Shown here one piece after another: positions 45,878 to 54,712 of a stretch of 64,000 nt of DNA. A program made the position numbers and the translations under genes. Each line of letters opens with the position of its first letter. Position 1 is the stretch's first letter. The notes under the pieces are model-generated. The model made no database searches and was not told the DNA's origin. It worked only from the letters and a program-made list of their open reading frames with translations. This DNA comes from Candidatus Moraniibacteriota bacterium (lineage in GTDB: Bacteria > Patescibacteriota > Minisyncoccia > Moranbacterales > UBA1568): contig JBPOHW010000005.1 of NCBI GenBank assembly GCA_052035095.1, forward strand, positions 30,269-94,268, written 5' to 3'.

Positions 45878-46099
45878 ACATCAAAATCAAACTCAAAATA
45901 TAGTTTCTAAAGTAAACTTGAATTTATACCATAAAATGATTTACGCGTCAATATTAAAAGTCAAAGAAAACGGACAAAAATGTCCGCTTGAAAAGAAACT
46001 CCATATTTTATGCTCGAAAAATACCCTTTCAATGGGGGAAAATGGGGTTTTCATATCGGAAAATACATCCGGAAAAACATCAACGATGGTCGGAGCTCT

Positions 46100-46798
46100 C
46101 TATTCGATTCCTTCATTCACTTCTTTTGTCGCCTCCATATCGCCCTTTTCGGGCTCGGTCACACTCCCCTCTCCTTCTTGAGGAAGCTCGCCCTCAAGAG
46201 GACTTGCGTCTTCCTCATTCGCCGTCTCATCTCCTTCACTCTCATTCATTTCTTCCGGCTCCACATCATTCGACGGGACAAACCCCGGACCAACGCAGGA
46301 CTCGCCCTCCGGCACGGTTTCATCGTCGCACATCGTTTCAGTGCAGTCCGCTTCGTCCGACCGGCACGACAGATCGGCGCAAGTTGGATCTTCGAGCGAA
46401 CCAAACGCGCACACCTCCGGAAAGGCGGATGCCTTCCGCTCGACGATTTTGTAATACGCCGTTTCAATAGGAGTGTCCCCTTCTCCGCAGACGCCGTCCT
46501 CGGTCTCGCAAATATCGCGCGCGAAACACGCCGACACAGCCGGATCGCAGACGGTCTCCAGCGTCACCGCGTAGTTTCGAGCCACAAATATCCGATAATA
46601 GGTCGCTCCGACCGAAAGAAAAATCGCCACGAAGAAAACCACGAAAAACCACCGAGACGAAAACGATCGTCGCCCACCGATTCCTTCTTCTGCCTTGATC
46701 ACTTTACCATCCATAAAACATCGCTCTGCAATGAAAAGCTTCGACTTTTTCAGTATACCAGAAAGTGCGTACAATAAAAAATACAACTTTTTTCGCAA
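46100..46798 (-). CDS. Membrane-anchored cysteine-rich, highly acidic protein (hypothetical)
   Basis: TM helix (WFFVVFFVAIFLSVGATYY), an extracytoplasmic segment with 12 Cys (CDPAVSACFARDICETEDGVCGEGD...CAFGSLEDPTCADLSCRSDEADCTETMCDD) and a D/E-rich tail. Confidence 0.45.
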   Translation of the reverse strand: MRKKLYFLLYALSGILKKSKLFIAERCFMDGKVIKAEEGIGGRRSFSSRWFFVVFFVAIFLSVGATYYRIFVARNYAVTLETVCDPAVSACFARDICETEDGVCGEGDTPIETAYYKIVERKASAFPEVCAFGSLEDPTCADLSCRSDEADCTETMCDDETVPEGESCVGPGFVPSNDVEPEEMNESEGDETANEEDASPLEGELPQEGEGSVTEPEKGDMEATKEVNEGIE

Positions 46799-46921
46799 AC
46801 CTTTTCGCTTTCATTTCTTTCGCTGTAACAAAAAATCAAGTCCTGCGAAAATAAAAAACGGCGGGAAGAGTATTGAAGCATAATATGCTCTCACTCTTCA
46901 TCCGCCGCGCAAGCCACTCGA

Positions 46922-47392
46922 TCAACGAGTGTCCTCAGACCACTCACAATAGGAAAGCTGATCTTCTCTCACCCCCGGAAAAAGCCCCTCCGCGTTAAGC
47001 CTCCCAAGAGGAAAACGGGGCGCGTCACTTCCTTCAACCGTCCGAATGACATCCTGTCCTGCAAAATAGCACCTCCTCGCATACTCGGTGATGAGCTCCG
47101 AAATCGGAACAAGATGGTTTTCTTGCACGGAAACCGGCGATACAAAGGGGAGGGTAGCAGGCGTCACCAAAGCCCGTCCTGGATCCAGTCTGTGGAAACA
47201 ATATGAACCTGTCGGAATTTTCACAACTTCTTGAAACGGTCGCAAGGGATACCACCATCCATCCTCACGCATTTCCTCCAAAGTAAACTTTCGACGAACG
47301 AGCACGCCATCCGGAGGAAGATACACGAAAAGCTCATCCCCAATATCTATCTCTCTCGGTTGCCCCGGAACCGTAAAGCACATCTTCTTCAT
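46922..47392 (-). CDS. Hypothetical protein
   Basis: 156-aa ORF on the coding strand of the gene train. No recognisable motif. Confidence 0.35.
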   Translation of the reverse strand: MKKMCFTVPGQPREIDIGDELFVYLPPDGVLVRRKFTLEEMREDGWWYPLRPFQEVVKIPTGSYCFHRLDPGRALVTPATLPFVSPVSVQENHLVPISELITEYARRCYFAGQDVIRTVEGSDAPRFPLGRLNAEGLFPGVREDQLSYCEWSEDTR

Positions 47393-47514
47393 CGCTACCT
47401 CCTACCTATTTCTGAATCCTGAAAGGTACTCAATTTTTCACTCAAGAGAATAGCACATCCTTTTCCCGATTGGAAGAGTTGCCCCCACCCTTACCCGAGG
47501 AGAGCACACCTCTT

Positions 47515-48573
47515 TCACAATCCGTTTGCCGATTTGTTGCGTTGATGTTCCTCGAAGGTCTTCGCGAAAAAGGTCTCGCCGGTTTGGGGATTGTTGAGAA
47601 AAAAGTAGAAATCATTCGCAATCGGAAAGAGCGCCGCGCGAAGCGAGACAAGTCCGGGATTGCCAATCGGTCCCGGCGGAAGCCCCGTATTGATATAAGT
47701 ATTGTACGGGGAATCCGTACGCGTTTCTTCAAACGAAAGCTGGGGCTTGTTGGTACCCAAAACAAACTGCACCGTCGCGCAGCTCTCGAGCGCGTGATTA
47801 TCGGCGAGACGCCGCCAAAAAAGATCACTCACCATCTTTCGATCACGTTCGATTACTTCAACGCTTTGATTCGCCGTCCCAATTTCCCTTTCCAGAATAC
47901 TCGCGAGAATAACCACATCAAAAACGCTTTTTCCTTGCCGAGCAGCTTCCTGCCGGAGATCGTCTCCGAAACGCGTCTCAAAATTTCGAAGCATCTTCTC
48001 GAGAATGTCCCGCGGCGTCGCATCCAGACGAAAGGTATACGTATCCGGAAAGAGAAATCCTTCAAGCGAGGCGTCGATCGGCACGCTCGAGAGTATCGGG
48101 TACGTCACCCTCCAGTCGGGAGACGGGTCATTAACAAGTGCCAGCCATCCTTCACCATCAAACCGATTTGCCGAAAGCCGCGCCGCCATTTTCTTCGCGT
48201 CCCATCCTTCGGGAAACGTGAGTTTCACTTCCATCGGCTTCCCCTCTTCCGAAAGAAGAGTCACGACCACTTCTGGCGCCGAAAGTTTCCCGGGAATCAC
48301 GAAATCCCCAACATGAACCTTCCCACGAAGCCCGCCTCGCCACGCGCTCCAGAGGAAATACCACCGCGATACAACGAGTCGCTCGCTTTCAAGTCGCTTC
48401 GCGATGGAAGTAATGTCCTCGCCCGCTTCGATATGAAAAACTTTTTCCCCCACAAACGTACTCTTCGCCATCTTCGACTGATACAGAAAAATACCGGCGC
48501 CAACGCCGGCAACAACGAGTACAACAAAAAATGCAAAAAATATTTTTTTTAACATGAATTGATCATTGAACAT
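47515..48573 (-). CDS. mltG: Endolytic murein transglycosylase MltG (YceG family)
   Basis: N-terminal TM anchor, YceG-domain motifs (FPEGW, LFPDTYTF) and a C-terminal GLPPGPIGNPG. Confidence 0.85.
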   Translation of the reverse strand: MFNDQFMLKKIFFAFFVVLVVAGVGAGIFLYQSKMAKSTFVGEKVFHIEAGEDITSIAKRLESERLVVSRWYFLWSAWRGGLRGKVHVGDFVIPGKLSAPEVVVTLLSEEGKPMEVKLTFPEGWDAKKMAARLSANRFDGEGWLALVNDPSPDWRVTYPILSSVPIDASLEGFLFPDTYTFRLDATPRDILEKMLRNFETRFGDDLRQEAARQGKSVFDVVILASILEREIGTANQSVEVIERDRKMVSDLFWRRLADNHALESCATVQFVLGTNKPQLSFEETRTDSPYNTYINTGLPPGPIGNPGLVSLRAALFPIANDFYFFLNNPQTGETFFAKTFEEHQRNKSANGL

Positions 48574-48591
48574 TGATAATTGTTCATTGAA

Positions 48592-49032
48592 TCAAATTCC
48601 CATCACCTGCACGATGACATCGCGTTTCCGCGCGCCGTCAAACTCGACCGCGAAAATACTCTGAAGGGATGAAAGAATAAGATCGCCTCGCTCAATAAGA
48701 ATATTTTCACTCGACCCCATAAGGAGCGCCTTGCAGTGAGAATGCCCGTTGCTTCGACCGTCCGAAGGACATTCTTTGCGAATTTCAAAAAGATCGTGTG
48801 AATAATGATCGTCAACCGGCGCCACTTTGTAGAGCACACGCATAAAATCCTGAAGGAGGAGCGGCTCATTGTGATTGATGACGACGCCCATCGTCGTATG
48901 CGGCACAAAAATCGTCACCTGCCCCTGTCGAATCCCCGATTCCTTCACGATATCTCGAACACGATCCGTAATATCGACAAAGTCGATCTGCGTCCGACTC
49001 TCAAAGGGAAGCAATTGTTTGTGTATTCTCAT
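48592..49032 (-). CDS. YjbQ/UPF0047 family protein (secondary thiamine-phosphate synthase-like)
   Basis: 146 aa, VTIFVPHTTMGVVINHNEPLLLQDFMRVL...HSHCKALLMGSSENILIERGDLILSSLQSIFAVEFDGARKRDVIVQVMG. Matches the UPF0047 pattern (conserved His cluster, 'GxxQxIxLxExDG' C-terminus). Confidence 0.6.
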   Translation of the reverse strand: MRIHKQLLPFESRTQIDFVDITDRVRDIVKESGIRQGQVTIFVPHTTMGVVINHNEPLLLQDFMRVLYKVAPVDDHYSHDLFEIRKECPSDGRSNGHSHCKALLMGSSENILIERGDLILSSLQSIFAVEFDGARKRDVIVQVMGI

Positions 49033-49054
49033 AATCCCTCCGTTTTATTAGAAC

Positions 49055-49369
49055 TTACACGTTTGAAAGCACCTCCTTAAGCGCCCCTTTTTTTTGAACC
49101 CCTGAAAACTCCTTTACCACTTTCCCGCCCTTAAAAATTTTGAGACTCGGAATAGACATAATGCCATATTCTGACGCCATCTTGGGATTCTCATCCACAT
49201 CAAGTTTCCCCACTTTGGCTTTTCCTTTCATTTCTTCCGCCACTTCATCAATGATCGGACCCATCATCTGGCACGGTCCGCACCACGGCGCCCAAAAATC
49301 AACAAGAACCGGCTGGTCACTCTTCAAAACTTCGCTGTCGAAATTACTATCGGTAAATGTAAGCGCCAT
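49055..49369 (-). CDS. trxA: Thioredoxin
   Basis: MALTFTDSNFDSEVLKSDQPVLVDFWAPWCGPCQMMGPIIDEV is the canonical WCGPC active site. The start is placed at the ATG at 49367-49369; the ORF-track extension is unsupported. Confidence 0.9.
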   Translation of the reverse strand: MALTFTDSNFDSEVLKSDQPVLVDFWAPWCGPCQMMGPIIDEVAEEMKGKAKVGKLDVDENPKMASEYGIMSIPSLKIFKGGKVVKEFSGVQKKGALKEVLSNV

Positions 49370-49403
49370 AAAAATAAAATTAGGAATGAGGAATTGCAAA
49401 GCC

Positions 49404-49694
49404 CTACTTCTCCGTACCGAGAATATCGCCGCCCTTGCCGTTGCCGCCCAAGAAATCCGAGAGCTCGTGCGCGAAGGTACTGTCGTGTTTGCCGATCCAG
49501 GCGAGAAGCATCGCCGCATGCTCTTTCTCCTCGTCGCGATTGTGTTCGAGAATCCCGCGAAGCTCTTCGTCGGTCGCCACGTCCGCGCGCTCATTATACC
49601 ACGCAACCGCCTCAAGCTCTTCCTTCAGAGAATCAATCGCCCGCGTCATATCCACCACCTCGGGACTCAACTGTTCTCTATTTTCGTACAACAT
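49404..49694 (-). CDS. Encapsulated-ferritin-like (EncFtn family) ferritin-like protein, orphan (no encapsulin shell gene adjacent)
   Basis: EELEAVAWYNERADVATDEELRGILEHNRDEEKEHAAMLLAWIGK closely matches the EncFtn di-iron helix pair (EELEAVDWY...AHNRDEEKEHAAM). The start is placed at MLYENRE; the ORF-track N-terminus reads into the upstream repeat. It has a Gly-rich C-terminal tail (GGNGKGGDILGTEK). Confidence 0.6.
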   Translation of the reverse strand: MLYENREQLSPEVVDMTRAIDSLKEELEAVAWYNERADVATDEELRGILEHNRDEEKEHAAMLLAWIGKHDSTFAHELSDFLGGNGKGGDILGTEK

Positions 49695-49745
49695 AGAAAG
49701 AATATTAATGGTTAACACCAAAACACCCTGAAATCTTCTATCATG

Positions 49746-49858
49746 CACGCCGAGACTGCAATCCCGCCTTGGCGGGACGAAAGTTTGCTCCGAGCCCAAC
49801 GAGGAGCATGTGAGAAAAATTATTTTTTGCGGTCGAGGCAACTCACAAGATAGCAGAG
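49746..49858. repeat. Copy 3 of the palindromic intergenic repeat family (variant 5' arm carrying its own CCCGCC-TT-GGCGGG hairpin)
   Basis: TCTATCATGCACGCCGAGACTGCAATCCCGCCTTGGCGGGACGAAAGTTTGCTCCGAGCCCAACGAGGAGCATGTGAGAAAAATTATTTTTTGCGGTCGAGGCAACTCACAAGA. Confidence 0.7.
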
Positions 49859-49962
49859 ATTAAAGTAAGTTGGTATAGCATCCCTTCATTACAGGTATTG
49901 TAGCATACGTCGAATAAATCAAAAACGCGCACCGTAGAGACACAAAATCTTTCGTCTCTACC

Positions 49963-51870
49963 CTAATTTTCACCCTTCCGCAGTACTTCGAGAAACGCCT
50001 TTGGCGGGATGGTAACGCCACCGATCGCTCGCATTTTTTTCTTGCCTTTTTTCTGTTTTTCGAGTAGCTTCCGTTTTCGCGTCACATCGCCGCCATAAAG
50101 CTTTGCGATGACATCCTTCCGAAACGCCGAGATTGTTTCGCGCGCGATCACTTTGCCACCGATCGCCGCTTGAATCGCCACCGCAAAATTGTGTCGAGGA
50201 ATGACGCTCTTTAGCTTTTCAACCGTCACCTTCCCTTCGGAATACGCCTCGCGCTTCGGCACCATACGCGAGAACGCGTCAACTGGCTCATCCGCCACGA
50301 TAATATCAAGTCGCACCACATCCGAAACCCGATACCCGATGGGGTCATAATTCATCGACGCGAATCCCGACGAAACACTCTTCAGTCGATCATGAAAATT
50401 CACGATCACATCCATAAGCGGCGCCTCAAAAGAAAGCAAGATGCGCTCTTCGTCGAGATACTCGGTATTCTTGTACTCCGCCCGAATAGATGATCCCAAA
50501 TCGAGAATCGCACCCAAGTACGAAGCGGGCGCGACTACCTTGAGATCCACATAGGGTTCATAGATCGCCTCAATCGAAGCGGGATCAGGCATATCCATCG
50601 GAGAATACATCGGGAGGCGACCCTCCTTGCCACGCTGTTCGATTTCATAGACAACCGACGGCGTCGTAATGGTCGGGGTCAAAGAAAACTCCCGTTCAAG
50701 CCGCGCCTGCACGATTTCTAGGTGAAGGAGCCCCAAAAAACCACACCGAAATCCGCGACCGAGCGCGGCGTTACTCTCCGGTTCAAACGCGAACGCGGCA
50801 TCATTGAGTTTCAATTTTTCCAGAGCGTCGCGCATTTCGGTATAGTCGTCGCCGTCAACCGGATAAAGATTTGCGTACACCATCGGTTTCACGTCTTTGT
50901 ATCCGGGAAGCGGTTCGACGGATCCGGCATCCACCCGTTTCGGATTTCGATCGCTCCGAACGGAAAGTGTCACCGTATCACCGACACGACACGAGGCGAC
51001 ATCCTTTTGTCCCGTCGCGATATAGCCGATATCGCCCGCAGAAAGCTCGTCCGTCGACACAAGCTCCGGCTTCATCATCCCGACTTCAATGGCGATACTC
51101 TCGGTCTCCGTCGCCATCATACGAAGCATATTCTCCCGCCGAACCGATCCATCCACAATGCGCACATAAGCGACCACGCCCTTGTACGTATTGTACGCCG
51201 AGTCAAAAATGAGCGCGCGAAGCGGGGCATCTTCCCTTCCTGTAGGCGCCGGCACCCGTTCAATGACCGCGCGGAGAATTTCGGAAACACCAATCCCCGT
51301 TTTTCCCGACGCGAGAAGAATATCGTCTTCGCGACACCCGAGAATATGTAGAATTTCCTTTTTCGTTTTCTCGACATTCGCCGCCGGCAAATCGATTTTG
51401 TTCACAACCGGAATAATCGCGAGCCCCTCTTCAATCGCCAGGTACAAGTTAGCAAGCGTTTGCGCCTGCACACCTTTGGTCGCGTCCACCAAGAGTATCG
51501 CCCCCTCAACCGCTGCCAAGGATCGCGACACCTCATAATGAAAATCCACATGCCCGGGCGTATCGATGAGATTCATGATGTACTCGCCACTTTCAACCGA
51601 CAACTCACCGCTATCAGCTGTTCGCCTCAAACTGTTCATTGTCAGTTGTTTGTTGTCAGTCGTTTGTCGGTACCCATACTTCATCCGAACCGGTTGAAGC
51701 TTGATCGTGATGCCTCGTTCGCGCTCCAAGTCCATCTGATCGAGGAGCTGTTCCTTCATTTTTCGCGCCTCGACCGTCCCCGTCATTTCCAAAAGCCGAT
51801 CGGCCAAGGTCGACTTCCCGTGATCAATATGCGCGATAATGCAAAAGTTTCTTATAAACCGTTGATCCAT
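49963..51870 (-). CDS. lepA: Elongation factor 4 (LepA) with a ~25-aa in-frame insertion in the G domain
   Basis: IRNFCIIAHIDHGKSTL (G1), DTPGHVDF (G3), NKID (G4) and LepA-specific C-terminal domains. The start is at MDQRF (ATG 51868-51870). The insertion YRQTTDNKQLTMNSLRRTADSGELSV lies between the beta-strand ending MKYG and NLIDTPGH and is absent from E. coli LepA. Confidence 0.85.
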   Translation of the reverse strand: MDQRFIRNFCIIAHIDHGKSTLADRLLEMTGTVEARKMKEQLLDQMDLERERGITIKLQPVRMKYGYRQTTDNKQLTMNSLRRTADSGELSVESGEYIMNLIDTPGHVDFHYEVSRSLAAVEGAILLVDATKGVQAQTLANLYLAIEEGLAIIPVVNKIDLPAANVEKTKKEILHILGCREDDILLASGKTGIGVSEILRAVIERVPAPTGREDAPLRALIFDSAYNTYKGVVAYVRIVDGSVRRENMLRMMATETESIAIEVGMMKPELVSTDELSAGDIGYIATGQKDVASCRVGDTVTLSVRSDRNPKRVDAGSVEPLPGYKDVKPMVYANLYPVDGDDYTEMRDALEKLKLNDAAFAFEPESNAALGRGFRCGFLGLLHLEIVQARLEREFSLTPTITTPSVVYEIEQRGKEGRLPMYSPMDMPDPASIEAIYEPYVDLKVVAPASYLGAILDLGSSIRAEYKNTEYLDEERILLSFEAPLMDVIVNFHDRLKSVSSGFASMNYDPIGYRVSDVVRLDIIVADEPVDAFSRMVPKREAYSEGKVTVEKLKSVIPRHNFAVAIQAAIGGKVIARETISAFRKDVIAKLYGGDVTRKRKLLEKQKKGKKKMRAIGGVTIPPKAFLEVLRKGEN

Positions 51871-52223
51871 AATTTCCTTCCAATTCAAAATAAAAAGAAG
51901 CCCCCTCAAAAGCTCCTTTACGGTAGTATAAACCCAAAGAAAAGGCAATCTGGCATTATTGGAGTCTATAACTAAACCCGTGCCCAAAAAAAACAACCAT
52001 CTATGCCCTATACGAAGTCAAAACATTGAGTCCTGCCTCCCTCAAAAAAATACTCCTCGTTTTGGAGGATATAGAACTCTCGAGCGAACTCACAGTGCCA
52101 TACATATGAGATACTTAAAAAGTCGCAAAAAAAGGGCAACTTTTCAACAGTGCCAGGGCTATAGGACGAAATCAGAATATATTTGTCTACTGCCATAGTA
52201 CCACAAACCAACAGAATGAGCGC

Positions 52224-52252
52224 TTGACAGGCTTATTTTCCCCGTATACACT
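52224..52252 (+). promoter_or_regulatory. Candidate sigma70-type promoter for the M23 peptidase gene (TTGACA-N17-TACACT)
   Basis: TTGACAggcttattttccccgtaTACACT lies about 100 bp upstream of the ATG at 52355. An AGAGGA Shine-Dalgarno sits 9 bp before the start. Confidence 0.4.
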
Positions 52253-52354
52253 CGAAACCGTACCTTAACAAACCGAGAACGCGCCGAAAAGGTCACTCAA
52301 AATGTGCGGGTACATGCGTTTTTTTTGCCAACCACCCTCGAAGAGGATCATTTC

Positions 52355-53677
52355 ATGAAACGCTTCACAGTGATTGCAACATGCCTCTCTGTTTACATAA
52401 GTCTCCCTGTAGAAACATTTGCATTCAATGGTCCGAATATCCCAAGGGAGGTGCCCTTTACGGAAAATGATGTGACGTACACGTCGTATATCCAAACCTG
52501 GCACCCATGGTACAACCAGAGCTATATCTGCTATTTCCCCGCTAATCTCGACCCTGATCAGATGCCTGTTATCGCGAACTATAATCAGGGTCCTCCATAT
52601 CAGCATGCGTGGATCATACTCAATCCCGCCTCTTCTTCCCAAGCCTGGGATAGTACCGCCTATCATAGTAACGCCTTGTGTTATTGGCGTTATGGCTATA
52701 ACTGGCTCACCCCATTCGTTCCAACGCAGGTTGTCAATCCGGCGACATACACATGGTTTGATTGGCACTACTCGGGACCTGCCGGATACGATATCCGTGA
52801 AGACCTGATTCGAGTATACGGAGGCGTGGATCTCAAGGTGAACTTCTCCTACAACTGGGATGGGCAGTTCAATCTGCCGAACCTCTCATCTGGGGATTAT
52901 GTTTTGCAGAGTGATCCCGTTGCCACACCACTCAGTTTCCCGCTTAGCGGTTATACGGCGTATACGGCTTCAGTGTCATCAGTGATGGATCATTCAATGA
53001 CGACTCCGTATACGAAAGATGGGACAGTGTCAGCCTTCAATGGTGAAGAAGGAAATGTCGATAATGGATGCTGGTGCTATTCGACGAGTTCTGCTTGTAA
53101 CTCAAGTAATTACACGAGTTGTTTCGCTGCTGGGTTTAAAAACTTAGAAGAAACCGGTTTCCTAAGTGGCGTCATTGCTTATGATGACCAGTATCTCTAC
53201 TACGATGGTCACCCTGGATATGACTATCCCGCTACTTTGGGAACGGATATTCATGCTCCAGCCGACGGCACTCTTTGTGTTGCTACCACTCATACAGCAC
53301 AACGAAACCCGGCGAATGTATGGCGCGATGAATCTCATTGTCCATTGCCATCGGTAGTGACCACAAGATGGCTGGATTCCGATGGGTATAACACTTTCTA
53401 CATCTTCCATGAAGGGTTGCACGTCAATGGGTCTACAAATGACTACATGACGGTCTTCCTTCACAGCAATGATCTGGAAAGTACAGTTCGAGGTAATATT
53501 CAGCAATACGGATACACTCAAGTTTCAAGGAACCAGCATATTGCTGAAGTGGGTGATGTAGGTGCCCCTGGCGCATACCATGTACATCTCGAGGTGTACA
53601 AGAAAAATGGCGAGAACTGGGATCGCGTCGATCCCTATGGCGACGGAACCAACAACATTCTGTGGGAGCGGAATTAA
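52355..53677 (+). CDS. Secreted M23-family metallopeptidase (lysostaphin/LytM-like) with large N-terminal Tyr/Trp-rich domain
   Basis: Signal peptide (MKRFTVIATCLSVYISLPVETFA). C-terminal M23 motifs YDGHPGYDYPA (HxxxD) and AYHVHLEVY (HxH). In a low-GC stretch on the opposite strand from the gene train. Confidence 0.75.
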   Translation: MKRFTVIATCLSVYISLPVETFAFNGPNIPREVPFTENDVTYTSYIQTWHPWYNQSYICYFPANLDPDQMPVIANYNQGPPYQHAWIILNPASSSQAWDSTAYHSNALCYWRYGYNWLTPFVPTQVVNPATYTWFDWHYSGPAGYDIREDLIRVYGGVDLKVNFSYNWDGQFNLPNLSSGDYVLQSDPVATPLSFPLSGYTAYTASVSSVMDHSMTTPYTKDGTVSAFNGEEGNVDNGCWCYSTSSACNSSNYTSCFAAGFKNLEETGFLSGVIAYDDQYLYYDGHPGYDYPATLGTDIHAPADGTLCVATTHTAQRNPANVWRDESHCPLPSVVTTRWLDSDGYNTFYIFHEGLHVNGSTNDYMTVFLHSNDLESTVRGNIQQYGYTQVSRNQHIAEVGDVGAPGAYHVHLEVYKKNGENWDRVDPYGDGTNNILWERN

Positions 53678-53712
53678 CTTCCCGTCTAAACGGCAACGTC
53701 CGTAAACTAAAA

Positions 53713-53747
53713 CCCCTGTCAGGAAATCTGGCAGGGGTTTTTATTTT
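53713..53747. terminator. Bidirectional rho-independent terminator between convergent genes
   Basis: CCCCTGTCAG-GAAAT-CTGGCAGGGG followed by TTTTTATTTT. Confidence 0.65.
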
Positions 53748-53770
53748 GAGATAACTTTAAACCTATGCAA

Positions 53771-54652
53771 TCAGTGACCTGAAGAGAGTGCAAATGTTTG
53801 TACAAGTTCTTTTAAATTTTCAAAAGAGGCGCGTATTTTTTCAGCAGTCTTACCGGTTCGATACCACGCGATAATACCACACGCCTTATCCACATTGTAA
53901 GCATTTCCACCGCGACATTCTGGGGTATTGACATATCCTCGCAACTCAATTTCTTCTGGAGTATCGGCATAGGGAACAAAGGCTGCACCAATCCAAACAA
54001 GTTTATCTTTATATCGAGCTGTATATGTTGGACCCTCTAATGAGGTATTTAGGCTATTAAATAAAGAAGGATCAGATATAAACTTTACACCTGATTTGTT
54101 GACAACCAAAACATTATCATTTTGAATTTTAGGTTGTATGGTTGAGATTGTTACAGAATCTCCTTTAAAGTTGCAAACCTTGCTAGGATTATTTGGGATG
54201 TTTAAATCCAATAATTTAATTTCCAAATTAATTGGTGCGCTAGAGAATTTAAGGACAACATTATATAATCCCCATTGATATTTTTTCGTTAAATTAATCA
54301 TCATCGGAAGAGGAACTTCACAAGGAGGGAGGCTAATGCTATTTCTGTTGCCATTTTCAACTACAACAGCTCCCCAGTCAGCCGGATAGTCAAACGATAA
54401 TCCTAGATCTTTATTTTGATATGTTTTCCAACTTTCAATCGGTTCAGCAACAACAGGGGTGTTTTTTTCACTCGAATCTATAATGGGCGGTGCCGAATTT
54501 TCTTTCGTCCGTGGCGTATTTTGAACACCAGCTCTATCAATGAGTCTTCCACATTGATAGCTCACCACAAGAGCAACTCCCAAAAACAGAACTACAGCCA
54601 TACCAATCCACAAAACTTTCTTTTGAGTTTTCTCCATAAGGCATATTTTCAA
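53771..54652 (-). CDS. Membrane-anchored hypothetical protein (low-GC)
   Basis: N-terminal TM helix (VLWIGMAVVLFLGVALVV), then a roughly 250-aa Asn/Ser-rich extracytoplasmic region. No known motif. Confidence 0.4.
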   Translation of the reverse strand: MKICLMEKTQKKVLWIGMAVVLFLGVALVVSYQCGRLIDRAGVQNTPRTKENSAPPIIDSSEKNTPVVAEPIESWKTYQNKDLGLSFDYPADWGAVVVENGNRNSISLPPCEVPLPMMINLTKKYQWGLYNVVLKFSSAPINLEIKLLDLNIPNNPSKVCNFKGDSVTISTIQPKIQNDNVLVVNKSGVKFISDPSLFNSLNTSLEGPTYTARYKDKLVWIGAAFVPYADTPEEIELRGYVNTPECRGGNAYNVDKACGIIAWYRTGKTAEKIRASFENLKELVQTFALSSGH

Positions 54653-54712
54653 CGAATGATTACACTGGGGATTATTGCAAATATCTTCAAGATTGTAAAA
54701 CTTTTTTTTGAC

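Noticed and set aside
49695-49841. N-terminal extension of the EncFtn-like ORF (MPRPQKIIFLTCSSLGSEQTFVPPRRD...)
   Set aside because: The extension is translation of repeat copy 3. The conserved family sequence begins at the internal MLYENRE.
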